NCBI GenBank assembly: GCA_005191425.1
Contig: SUPR01000004.1
Span: 34,729-66,728, forward strand
From: Candidatus Helarchaeota ASGARD archaeon Hel_GB_B
GTDB lineage: Archaea; Asgardarchaeota; Lokiarchaeia; Helarchaeales; HEL-GB-B
DNA length: 32,000 nucleotides
Direction: 5' to 3'
The translations under genes were made by a program, and so were the position numbers. The stretch's first letter is position 1; each line of letters starts with the position of its first letter. Of the stretch, positions 1 to 8,723 are shown in pieces. Under the pieces are notes generated by a model. It was not told where the DNA came from. It searched no databases and was given only the letters and a program-made list of their open reading frames with translations.

Positions 1-148
1 ATATGTTTATCATTATAACTATTTTTGTTTAATTTATCTTGATTTTTAAAGTTTTAAAAATAAAAACAAACCTGCAGAAGCAACTAATGTCCCTATTTAG
101 AGAAAAAACAGAAGAAGTGATGTTTTTATACTAAAAATTTTAAATTGA

Positions 149-454
149 TTAACCAAATAAGGCGCCTAACCCTTGTACTTCCTCAGGTTTTTCTTCTTCT
201 TCTTTTTTCTCTTCCTTTTTTTCTTCAGCTTTTGCTTCAGTTGTTTCTGCAGGCGTAGCCGTAGCTGTAGGGGCTGCAAGTACCGCACTTTTTATAGCTT
301 CATCGATATTTACACCTTCTAAAGAAGCGATTACTGCTTTAATTTGAGCTTTATTTATTTGCGCTCCTGCAGCTGTTAAAATTTTTTCAATTTTATCTTC
401 TGTTATTTCATTTCCAATTTGATGCAAAATTAAAGATGCATATATATACTCCAT
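149..454 (-). CDS. rpl12: 50S ribosomal stalk protein P1 (archaeal L12)
   Basis: MEYIYASLILH N-terminus, Ala/Glu-rich hinge, C-terminal GLGALFG motif; last gene of the L11-L1-P0-P1 operon. Confidence 0.97.
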   Translation of the reverse strand: MEYIYASLILHQIGNEITEDKIEKILTAAGAQINKAQIKAVIASLEGVNIDEAIKSAVLAAPTATATPAETTEAKAEEKKEEKKEEEEKPEEVQGLGALFG

Positions 455-472
455 AATTTTTTACCTCCATTT

Positions 473-1537
473 TTAACCAAACATATTACCTAAATTTATA
501 GATGATTCATCATCTTTCTCTTTTTCGGGTTCTGAATCACCGAAAAGGCCCCCTAACCCCGGACTGGTTTCATCCTTTTTTGTGGAATCTTTTTCAGATA
601 CCTCTTTACTGGATATTTCTGATGAGCTTTTAGATAATGAATCAACTAACTCTTTTGGTAAAGCATCGGGGTTTATTTTAATAATTTCTTTGGCGATATT
701 TATAGCTTTAACATTTGCTATTGCTAATATTTCATTTATAAAATCTTTTATTATAATTCCTGCTTGAATTACTAAACTGCTTGCTTGAGAATAAGCCTTT
801 TGGATAATTGGTATTATAGTATCTGGTGTAGCATACCCAATTTGAACGGCTAGATTATGGCCACACCTTATAGCAGTGGAAATATTATTTACTATTCCCT
901 CAAAATCAATGTTTAGATCCTCTTTTGTATAAATTTCTCCATCATACGCAGTATACAAATCTAGTCCTAATTCAATGGGACGAATATCAAGTCTTGATAA
1001 TACAATAGCAAGCATAGGTGATATTACTTCACCCTTTTTGACCACTATTGCATCTTCTTGAATCCATACAGTACCACCTTTAATACGTGTTTTCAACCCT
1101 ACTTCATTAAGTTCAGTAATTACTGGGCCTGGTGAAAATCCTGTGTCTCCTTTTTCAATTAAAATGTCTATTGGTGCTATTGTCCCACTTTTAGCAGGTG
1201 CCATAGACCGGTTTTTTTCAATTTCTAATTTTAATTTAAAAGGATTTTCTTTTGTATAAACTAAGGCAGTAGAACCTTCTAGATAATCCTTCAATTTTGA
1301 GACATTTTCACGCTGGACTTCATCCAATGCAATTTTTAATAAGTTATTTTTAACAATTTTAATCCCAATCTTGCCTCTAAGGTTCTTTCTAATTTCTTGT
1401 AGCATTTTTGACCCAATTTGGGAAATATGGGCAAATCCAATTACTGGATAGTTCGTCAGAATATCTTTTATTTCTTCTACTTTTTTTATTTTATATTCCG
1501 ATATTTGCTTCAATTTTTGTTCCATCATTTTGATCAT
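473..1537 (-). CDS. rplP0: 50S ribosomal protein P0 (L10)
   Basis: KNNLLKIAL, GDTGFSPGP, three stalk-binding helices, acidic tail; operon position. True start may be a nearby downstream Met. Confidence 0.97.
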   Translation of the reverse strand: MIKMMEQKLKQISEYKIKKVEEIKDILTNYPVIGFAHISQIGSKMLQEIRKNLRGKIGIKIVKNNLLKIALDEVQRENVSKLKDYLEGSTALVYTKENPFKLKLEIEKNRSMAPAKSGTIAPIDILIEKGDTGFSPGPVITELNEVGLKTRIKGGTVWIQEDAIVVKKGEVISPMLAIVLSRLDIRPIELGLDLYTAYDGEIYTKEDLNIDFEGIVNNISTAIRCGHNLAVQIGYATPDTIIPIIQKAYSQASSLVIQAGIIIKDFINEILAIANVKAINIAKEIIKINPDALPKELVDSLSKSSSEISSKEVSEKDSTKKDETSPGLGGLFGDSEPEKEKDDESSINLGNMFG

Positions 1538-1544
1538 GCCCTCA

Positions 1545-2216
1545 TTATATTTTTACTTTAACTGAATGGCCCATTGTTGTTTTTATAAAAATGCTTTTAA
1601 TATTTTTAAGACCTTTTTCAAGATTATTTTCTAAAAATGTAATGACTGCTAAAATATTTTCTGTGATTAGATCATCGTCCATATCTTCTTTTCCTACAGG
1701 GCAGTTAATTTGGAGTGATTTTCTCATTTTTAATCTAATTGTCTTTTTATATTTTTCTATGAGTGGTTTGATATTTGTGGTAGGTGGGACGATACCCGAA
1801 CCTTTTGGCGGGCCTAAGGGCATTTTTCCTTGAGGTCCTAGCACAGGTCCCAAGCTTTTTGCTATTATTGGCATTACTTCTACACTAGCTATAAAGAAAT
1901 CGAATTGCTTTGCAATTTTTTTTGCTTCTTTTTTATTCTTTTGTAGTTCTAATAATGCATCCTTGTCTAAAACAGTAAGTCCTTCTTGCCTTGCACGTAA
2001 AGCAAAATCACCACTCGTTGTACAAACGCAAATCTTAATATCCTTTCCTGGGCCATGTGGCAAGATTATTTCTGTATTTATCCTATTTTTTGGTTGTTTT
2101 AAGTCAATTTCTTTTAGATTAATTGATAAATCTAATGTTTGAACGAAATTTCCTTTATTTCGATTATTTTTTGCTTCTTTTACAGCTTTTTTGATAATAT
2201 CTGAATTAACTGGCAA
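1545..2216 (-). CDS. rpl1: 50S ribosomal protein L1
   Basis: FVQTLDLSINLKEID, LGPVLGPQGKMP, IKTTMG motifs; operon position. Confidence 0.96.
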   Translation of the reverse strand: MPVNSDIIKKAVKEAKNNRNKGNFVQTLDLSINLKEIDLKQPKNRINTEIILPHGPGKDIKICVCTTSGDFALRARQEGLTVLDKDALLELQKNKKEAKKIAKQFDFFIASVEVMPIIAKSLGPVLGPQGKMPLGPPKGSGIVPPTTNIKPLIEKYKKTIRLKMRKSLQINCPVGKEDMDDDLITENILAVITFLENNLEKGLKNIKSIFIKTTMGHSVKVKI

Positions 2217-2250
2217 TTATTACATCTCTTTATTTTTTTCAAATAATATT

Positions 2251-2739
2251 TTATTTTATCATTTCATCGTATTTATTATCATTAATTTCTTTAATAATTT
2301 CTTTTGCTACTTTTCCATCAACCGTTATTCCACAAGATTGACATGTTCCAATAATAGTCTTGACTCTTTTTTTAAGATCTTTTCCGAATAAAACTTTTTC
2401 CTTCATTTTTGCAATTTCTACAATTTTTGAAAATGGAATATTACCTACTAAATCGGTGCCTGCGGCGCCACTTCCTTTTTCGGTCTCTTTTACTTCTTTA
2501 ATGATCAAAGCACTTGTCGGTGGCATACCAACTTCGACTTCAAACTCCTTGGTTTCTCTATCTACAGTGATATTTACTGGTACTTTTAACCCTTTGTATT
2601 CGCTTGTTATTTCATTAATTTTCTGGACCACTTGATATAAATTGACTCCTGTAGAACCTAAAGCAGGCCCAATTGGTGGCCCAGCACTTGCTTTACCGCC
2701 TTCAACTAATGCCGAAACTTTTACTTTTTGTCCAGCCAT
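2251..2739 (-). CDS. rpl11: 50S ribosomal protein L11
   Basis: GGKASAGPPIGPALG, VPV, PPTSALI, GTCQSCGITVDG motifs. Confidence 0.97.
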   Translation of the reverse strand: MAGQKVKVSALVEGGKASAGPPIGPALGSTGVNLYQVVQKINEITSEYKGLKVPVNITVDRETKEFEVEVGMPPTSALIIKEVKETEKGSGAAGTDLVGNIPFSKIVEIAKMKEKVLFGKDLKKRVKTIIGTCQSCGITVDGKVAKEIIKEINDNKYDEMIK

Positions 2740-2968
2740 TGTATATTAACCTGATAATTATGATTATTTTTAAATTTTTAATTTAACTAAATAATTTTGT
2801 TTAAATTTTTAATAGTAATATTTTAACTATTTTATTAGCTAAGTGGGATTAATCATTATATCAAATTTTTTAAATTTTTTCAAATTATATTCATTTAGAA
2901 TCTTTTTCAAAATATTAAAATTTAATCAATAATCATAGTTTTTAATTAAAAAAATAAAATTCAGAATT

Positions 2969-3481
2969 ATGGAGATATTAAAAATGAAAATAGGAATAAT
3001 ATCTGATACGCATGACCATATAATTAATACGAATAAGGCTGTAGATATATTTAATTCACGAGGTGTAGAACTTGTCATTCATGCTGGCGATATAATTTCT
3101 CCCTTTATGGCTCCAAAGTCCTTCAAAAATTTAAAATGCCCGATGAAAATGGTCTATGGGAATAATGACGGCGATCTTTTATTTTTAAAACAAAAATTTA
3201 GTGAAATTGGAGTAGAAATTGAGCGTGAATTTTTAGAACTTGATCTACAAGGTAAGAAGATAATTGCTTTTCATACCATAAATCCTACGATACTAAATGC
3301 AATGATCAAATCTGGTGTATTCTCTTTAATTATTTATGGACATACTCACGAAAAACAAATTAAAAAAGAAAAAAATACGCTAATAGTAAATCCAGGAGAA
3401 TGTTGTGGTTATTTAACTGGTAATCCAACAATAGCAATAGTCGATTTAGATACTTTAACTGGAGAAATTATTGAAATTTAA
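2969..3481 (+). CDS. YfcE/MJ0936-family metallophosphoesterase
   Basis: IISDTHD, HAGD, GNND, GHTH, NPGE calcineurin-like metal motifs; start may be the second Met (MKIGIISD). Confidence 0.9.
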   Translation: MEILKMKIGIISDTHDHIINTNKAVDIFNSRGVELVIHAGDIISPFMAPKSFKNLKCPMKMVYGNNDGDLLFLKQKFSEIGVEIEREFLELDLQGKKIIAFHTINPTILNAMIKSGVFSLIIYGHTHEKQIKKEKNTLIVNPGECCGYLTGNPTIAIVDLDTLTGEIIEI

Positions 3482-4666
3482 TTACGGTGCGATCAATTTT
3501 GCGATGAAAAAGCCTTGACATTGGTGTTCTGTTGGTAGGAATCGTTGACATAATTTCATATCTAATCTTGAATTAGATATTATACCCGGACTTCCTATAT
3601 AAATAGGTTGATTTACTAATTTACACCCAAATTTTTTAATCATATATTCAATGTTCAATTCATTTTCTTCTAACGTAAATGTACAAGTGCTATATACTAT
3701 AGTCCCTCCAGGTCTAATATTTTTAATTGCAGATTGAATAAATTTCTTTTGATACCTTGCAAAATTTTCAACATCTTTTTTTGTAGTAAAGTTGGCAAGC
3801 TTTGGCCGTGTACCTAAAGCTGAACATGGCGGGTCAATTAGAATTTTATCCGCTTCATATCCTTCAAGCTTAGTTGAGTCAATCTTTTTTAATTCGATAT
3901 TTTTAATACCTAATCTTTTAATATGTTCTTTGATACGATCTAACTTTTTATTCGATCTATCAATAGCAAGAATGCGTCCTTTATTTTCCATTAATTGCGA
4001 TAAATGCGTGGCTTTTCCACCTGGAGCTGCACACAAATCTATAATAAAATCATTTTTTTTAGGGCTTAAAATTTTTGATGTAATAATTGCGGGAAGTGAT
4101 TGGTCGTAAATCAATCCTTTTTGAAAAACTTTAAGGTCTTGAATTGAAATTCCTGAAAAAATAGATTCAATATTTTTAGCTATTAATCCATGACCCATTA
4201 TAGATAAATCATTTGATGATATAATTGATTTTACATTAGCAACTGGGATTAAAAAACCATTAAATTCTGAAATGACCGTTAAAACTTCACCTTCACCAAA
4301 TTTATCATATCTTTTTATTCCAGGTCTAAATAGATTTGCTCCTTGACTGATACTTTCCCCAGTAAATTTATCAACAAAAATTTTTTTCTTTAATATTTTT
4401 ATTCTCTTCTTTTTAGGACTTAAATCATAATATATAATTTCAGGAATTTCTATCCCATTAGCTTGAAACTTTTTAAAATTTAGTCCTTCTTTTTTTAATA
4501 AACTTATTAATTCATTTGCATTAATTTTTAAGGTATTTACTCTAACCGTATAAAGGGGACTAGGAACGGTCAGAGATTGTAATATCTTTAAAGCATTCGT
4601 TTTATACAATCTTGAAAGTATATAAAATATATCATAATGAAATTTAGAATAATAAATTTTTTTCAA
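3482..4666 (-). CDS. RsmB/NOL1/NOP2/Sun-family RNA m5C methyltransferase with PUA domain (NSun6-like)
   Basis: VRVNTLK, PUA-like segment (GANLFRPGI...GEVLTV), DLCAAPGGKATH, DPPCSALG, VYSTCT; TTG start. Confidence 0.88.
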   Translation of the reverse strand: MKKIYYSKFHYDIFYILSRLYKTNALKILQSLTVPSPLYTVRVNTLKINANELISLLKKEGLNFKKFQANGIEIPEIIYYDLSPKKKRIKILKKKIFVDKFTGESISQGANLFRPGIKRYDKFGEGEVLTVISEFNGFLIPVANVKSIISSNDLSIMGHGLIAKNIESIFSGISIQDLKVFQKGLIYDQSLPAIITSKILSPKKNDFIIDLCAAPGGKATHLSQLMENKGRILAIDRSNKKLDRIKEHIKRLGIKNIELKKIDSTKLEGYEADKILIDPPCSALGTRPKLANFTTKKDVENFARYQKKFIQSAIKNIRPGGTIVYSTCTFTLEENELNIEYMIKKFGCKLVNQPIYIGSPGIISNSRLDMKLCQRFLPTEHQCQGFFIAKLIAP

Positions 4667-4696
4667 TTTAGCAGACCAGTTATATATTGTTATTTT

Positions 4697-5395
4697 TTAC
4701 CAACCATATTCTCCTCTCAAGGGAACGAATGCAACTCCACCCAAACTTTGTTTTTTAATATTTTTTTCATTTTTAATTACAAGAATAAGTTGTTGAAATC
4801 CATAAATTGCTCCCACAGGAATAATAAGTCTTCCACCATTCATGTCAAGTTGCTCTATTAATGGCGGTGGAATTTTAGGCCCAGCAGCTGTGACATTAAT
4901 AGCATTATATGGTGCATATTCTTCAAGTCCAAGTGTACCATCACCTTCAATTATAGTGACTCGATCAGAATATCCTGCAGCTTCCAAATTTTTCTTCCCA
5001 AATTCTGCCACTGAATGAATTCTCTCAACAGAATAGACATGCCCCAACTTTTCTCCAGAATTCAATTTTTCTGTGGGCGCTACAATTTCCGCGCAAATAG
5101 CAGCATGATAACCACTTCCTGCTCCAATTTCTAACACTTTCGCTCCTAACCTTAAAGCGGGTTCTAAAGCTTCACACATTATAAAAGCCATATGGGGCGC
5201 GGAGATTGTTTGCCCAGAACCGATAGGTAATGGAGAATCAACATAAGCTTTATCTACCAATTCTCTTGGTAAAAACTTTTCTCTTGGTACTTTAAGAAAA
5301 GCTTTAATTACTGTAGGTGAATTTGCATAACCAGTTCGCTGATAATATCTTAATAATTCCTGTTTTCTCTTTTCTAAATCCAAATTTAACACCAA
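4697..5395 (-). CDS. pcm: Protein-L-isoaspartate O-methyltransferase
   Basis: VPREKFLP, GQTISAPHM, LEIGAGSGY, GDGTLG, LIIPVG, VAFVPL; start at TTG 5395 or TTG 5383 (the latter follows a GGTG SD-like motif). Confidence 0.95.
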   Translation of the reverse strand: MVLNLDLEKRKQELLRYYQRTGYANSPTVIKAFLKVPREKFLPRELVDKAYVDSPLPIGSGQTISAPHMAFIMCEALEPALRLGAKVLEIGAGSGYHAAICAEIVAPTEKLNSGEKLGHVYSVERIHSVAEFGKKNLEAAGYSDRVTIIEGDGTLGLEEYAPYNAINVTAAGPKIPPPLIEQLDMNGGRLIIPVGAIYGFQQLILVIKNEKNIKKQSLGGVAFVPLRGEYGW

Positions 5396-5468
5396 ATTTT
5401 AAAACAATTTTAACAGTAAATTTAATTGTATATTATTTGCAAATTTTTTATAAAAGATATGATAAAAT

Positions 5469-5900
5469 ATGGTAGAAAAAGTTATTGAAGAATTTTTTGT
5501 AAAAGGTCATCCAAATATTCTAGGTAAACATAAAACGACCATTGAATTTACTAAAGATAATACCCTTACTAAAAAAGGTGATTGTATAATTGGAGTTTCC
5601 AGCGAAAAAGGACTTAATGATTTTAAAAGTTCATTTAAAAAATTGGCAAAACATAAAAACTCAAGGATAATTTGTAAATTAATCTTAGATAATTATTCTG
5701 AACTAATTGAAGGCAAAGGCGCACCTAATCTAACATTTAATAATAAGGAGGACATTGTGATTAGAAAAAGTAATTTCATTTGTGATAGGACTATTATGAT
5801 TGGTGCAAATAAATCAGCTATTGATATTGACCGTAGATTAATAAAATTATTACAAAACTCGGACACAAGGATGAAAGTTGTTTTTGAAGTAAGCTTTTAA
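5469..5900 (+). CDS. DUF371-family archaeal protein
   Basis: GHPNILGKHKTTIEFTKD, GDCIIGV, VIRKSNFICDRT, ANKSAIDIDR; 4-nt tail-to-tail overlap with the trm5 gene. Confidence 0.85.
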   Translation: MVEKVIEEFFVKGHPNILGKHKTTIEFTKDNTLTKKGDCIIGVSSEKGLNDFKSSFKKLAKHKNSRIICKLILDNYSELIEGKGAPNLTFNNKEDIVIRKSNFICDRTIMIGANKSAIDIDRRLIKLLQNSDTRMKVVFEVSF

Positions 5901-6976
5901 ATGATTTTAATATCAAAAGCAAATTGCGATTTTTTAGGTGATATATCTTTAACCTTTTTATAAAAAATAGTTTCCTTTAATATCCTGTTATTTCTTTTAA
6001 TTTCATCTGTTATTTTGTTTGTAATATCCGAAATTTTTTGTTCATTTGAAATAAATTGATAATAATTTATAATCCCACCATTTTTAGAAATTAATTGGCA
6101 TGCATCTTTTAAATAATTAAATGATGTTTTTGGTAAATTCATTATTACCCTATCGGCAAAATTTTTAAATTTAGTAATATTATTACTAACGTTTCCCAAT
6201 ATCAATTTAATAGAATGAACTTTGTTTAGAATTATATTTTTTTCAAAATAATTTATAGCATTAGGATTAATATCAAAAGCAATAATTTCTACATCTCTTT
6301 TTTTTGCAATTTGTATAGAATAAGTACCTACTCCAGCAAACATATCTATAATTTTTTCATTATTTCTCACTTGTTTTACAACTCTTAGCCGTTCGGTGCT
6401 TAATCTAGGACTAAAATAAACCTTTTTAACATCTAACTCAAATAAACATCCATTTTCTTTATGTATAGTAATTGGGTTATCAATCCCACCAATTAATTCT
6501 AATTTCCTTATCCTGAATTTCCCTGATACAATACTTTTTTTTGAATAAACTGTTCTTATACTTTTAAATGTTTTAATAATAGCATTTCCAATTAATTTAT
6601 CATATTTTTTAATTACTTCTGGAATTTCAATTATAGCTATATTTCCAATAGTATCAAAAGATTTTGGAAGAAATTTAATATAATTTGGATCTACTTTTTG
6701 TAATAAATAATCTCTAAAATTAGAAACTCTTTTTTTTCTTTTTTTAAAAGAATAATTTGTGATAATGAAATAAGGATCAATATCTTTAATTTGTTTTTTC
6801 TCCCTTGAAGACAAATCTCTAGTAATAGGAATTAAAATTTTATTATTAATTGTTTCAATTTTATATAATTCATTAAATAAACCCAAACTTTTAATAACTC
6901 TCCTAATATTCTCCCCTTTTTTAATATTTGCTGTTAAACATAAAGAATTATCTAAATCTTCATTCAAGAGTTTCAA
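5897..6976 (-). CDS. trm5: Trm5/Taw22-family tRNA G37 (wyosine pathway) SAM methyltransferase
   Basis: FDTIGNIAII, HKENGCLFELDVKKVYFSPRLSTER, DMFAGVG, DINP, RVIMNLP; TTG start. The exact aTrm5 subtype cannot be assigned. Confidence 0.88.
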   Translation of the reverse strand: MKLLNEDLDNSLCLTANIKKGENIRRVIKSLGLFNELYKIETINNKILIPITRDLSSREKKQIKDIDPYFIITNYSFKKRKKRVSNFRDYLLQKVDPNYIKFLPKSFDTIGNIAIIEIPEVIKKYDKLIGNAIIKTFKSIRTVYSKKSIVSGKFRIRKLELIGGIDNPITIHKENGCLFELDVKKVYFSPRLSTERLRVVKQVRNNEKIIDMFAGVGTYSIQIAKKRDVEIIAFDINPNAINYFEKNIILNKVHSIKLILGNVSNNITKFKNFADRVIMNLPKTSFNYLKDACQLISKNGGIINYYQFISNEQKISDITNKITDEIKRNNRILKETIFYKKVKDISPKKSQFAFDIKII

Positions 6977-7163
6977 CCTGATAAATAACTTTTTGGTTAT
7001 TAAAATTATTCTAAATCGTCATTAAATTTTTAAGAGGTCAACACAATTAAAAGATATTAATTTGTAATTTTTTTATAAAATCATAAATTTATAGATAATT
7101 TAAATTATATTTTGTCATTACACGAAACAAAGACTTTTAATTTAATTTAGACCGTGAATAAAA

Positions 7164-7403
7164 ATGGGTAGAAGACGAAAACAGAAAGTACAAAAGCGAG
7201 TAAGAAAAACATTACCAAAAGTATTTACATGCCCTGAGTGTGGTAAAGTTACAATAACTATAGAAATTCATAAAGATAAAAAGATAGCATATTTAAAATG
7301 CGGAAATTGCAAATTAGAAGCAAAAATTGAAGCAAACTATCTTTCTGAGCCTGTGGATATCTATGGCGATTTTTTAGATAAATATTATGAAGAATATGCT
7401 TAA
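7164..7403 (+). CDS. elf1: Transcription elongation factor Elf1
   Basis: Basic N-terminus MGRRRK, FTCPECG...CGNC zinc ribbon, LSEPVDIYGDFLD tail. Confidence 0.93.
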   Translation: MGRRRKQKVQKRVRKTLPKVFTCPECGKVTITIEIHKDKKIAYLKCGNCKLEAKIEANYLSEPVDIYGDFLDKYYEEYA

Positions 7404-7412
7404 AAAAATACT

Positions 7413-8558
7413 CTAATGTTTTTTAAGACACTCATTTAACTTTTCTCTATAGCTTTCGGCTTTATCTTGCTCGTTCAATTTCTCACTAATCTTCAAAGCT
7501 CTTCTATAATATCTTGCAGCATTTCTGAAATCATTGTTTGAATAGCATTGTCTTGCTAATTTTAAAATATTTGACCGCTCTAAATTTATTTCTTCAATTG
7601 AAAAAAACATTTTTGATGTTTTTTTAACTAAAAACCACTTGTTATAGACAAATAAACCTAAAAGACCACATAAAAAGACAATTGTTAGAATTAAATAAAA
7701 TGGCCAGACAATAATGTTATCTTGTAGGGCTAATGCATTAAAAATATTTACCCATAGTCTTAAATTATCACCAATAGAATACCATTTAACTCCAATAGAA
7801 GGATTAATCGAGTCACTAAACATTTCTGTAGCTCCACATGTAATAATTAATGATCTACCTACTTGAAATCGTAACAACCAATAAGGGGGAGAATATATTT
7901 TATGTAAAGAAGAGAAATAATAATAAGACATTGTAGGTCCATAAGCACCATCATATTTTAAATAAGGCGCTGTTATATTAATGCATGAAGACCTTATAAT
8001 TACATTTGATATTTTAGAACCCAATATAGAGTTTGAAAATTGAAGATAATTGATTTTTATTAAAGTAGGTTCTCCATTATAATTTTCTGATTGGTCTTCA
8101 TCAACTATGTCAGCAGTTGTAAATTCTATTGGAATACTTAAATTTCCTAAAATATTGTTTAAAAGAAATGGCTTTCCTCTCTTTTGTAAATTGCTTTGAT
8201 GATAATAATCTGACATGATTAAAAGACATCCACCCTCTTTCGTCCAATTTATTATCGATTCAACTTCAAATAAGGTAAAAGTAGTGCCATTTCCTGGATT
8301 TGGAATTACTAAAATATCATAATTCTTTAATATTGTATAATTTAATTGCGTTCCATTTTTATTTAATTTGACAATAAAATTACCCGATTGATTTAGGTAA
8401 TCTAAGGCACTTACAAAATTACCATTAGAATATGTGAAATATTGATTGTGTGATTCATCAAAAAGAACCATTAATTTTGAAGAATTTAAAGAATTAGAAT
8501 GGGGAATAAGTGTAAATATTTGAATTATTAAAAGAATGATTATTATATTGATGCTCAT
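7413..8558 (-). CDS. Single-pass membrane protein: signal peptide, GIFT/DUF4350/GldG-like extracellular domain, TM helix, cytoplasmic TPR/MIT-like tail
   Basis: Hydrophobic MSINIIIILLIIQIF at ATG 8558 (ORF track extends to 8639); VLFDESHNQ...YDILVIPNP...EGGCLLIMSD; TM WPFYLILTIVFLCGLLGLFVY; helical 60-aa tail. Confidence 0.65.
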   Translation of the reverse strand: MSINIIIILLIIQIFTLIPHSNSLNSSKLMVLFDESHNQYFTYSNGNFVSALDYLNQSGNFIVKLNKNGTQLNYTILKNYDILVIPNPGNGTTFTLFEVESIINWTKEGGCLLIMSDYYHQSNLQKRGKPFLLNNILGNLSIPIEFTTADIVDEDQSENYNGEPTLIKINYLQFSNSILGSKISNVIIRSSCINITAPYLKYDGAYGPTMSYYYFSSLHKIYSPPYWLLRFQVGRSLIITCGATEMFSDSINPSIGVKWYSIGDNLRLWVNIFNALALQDNIIVWPFYLILTIVFLCGLLGLFVYNKWFLVKKTSKMFFSIEEINLERSNILKLARQCYSNNDFRNAARYYRRALKISEKLNEQDKAESYREKLNECLKKH

Positions 8559-8723
8559 ATATTTCTTTGTCAATTCTATCACTATTTTAAAATATGATGA
8601 ATAAATTAATTCAAAATATTTAAAGTTATTTTGATTCATTTAATATTAATTTAACTTTAATTTTTTTCAGTAAATTAAAAAATATTTTTTACAATAGGTA
8701 AAATAATATAAATAACCTATTTG

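Noticed and set aside
61-128. TAAAAACA...TGTTTTTA inverted repeat enclosing a slightly GC-richer segment downstream of rpl12 (possible sRNA or terminator)
   Set aside because: The 8-bp AT-only stem is expected by chance here, and no C/D boxes, H/ACA or SECIS pattern could be found.
5446-5455. Palindromic TTTTATAAAA as a bidirectional TATA box for pcm and DUF371
   Set aside because: The position is plausible, but it cannot be distinguished from background in such AT-rich DNA without TSS data.
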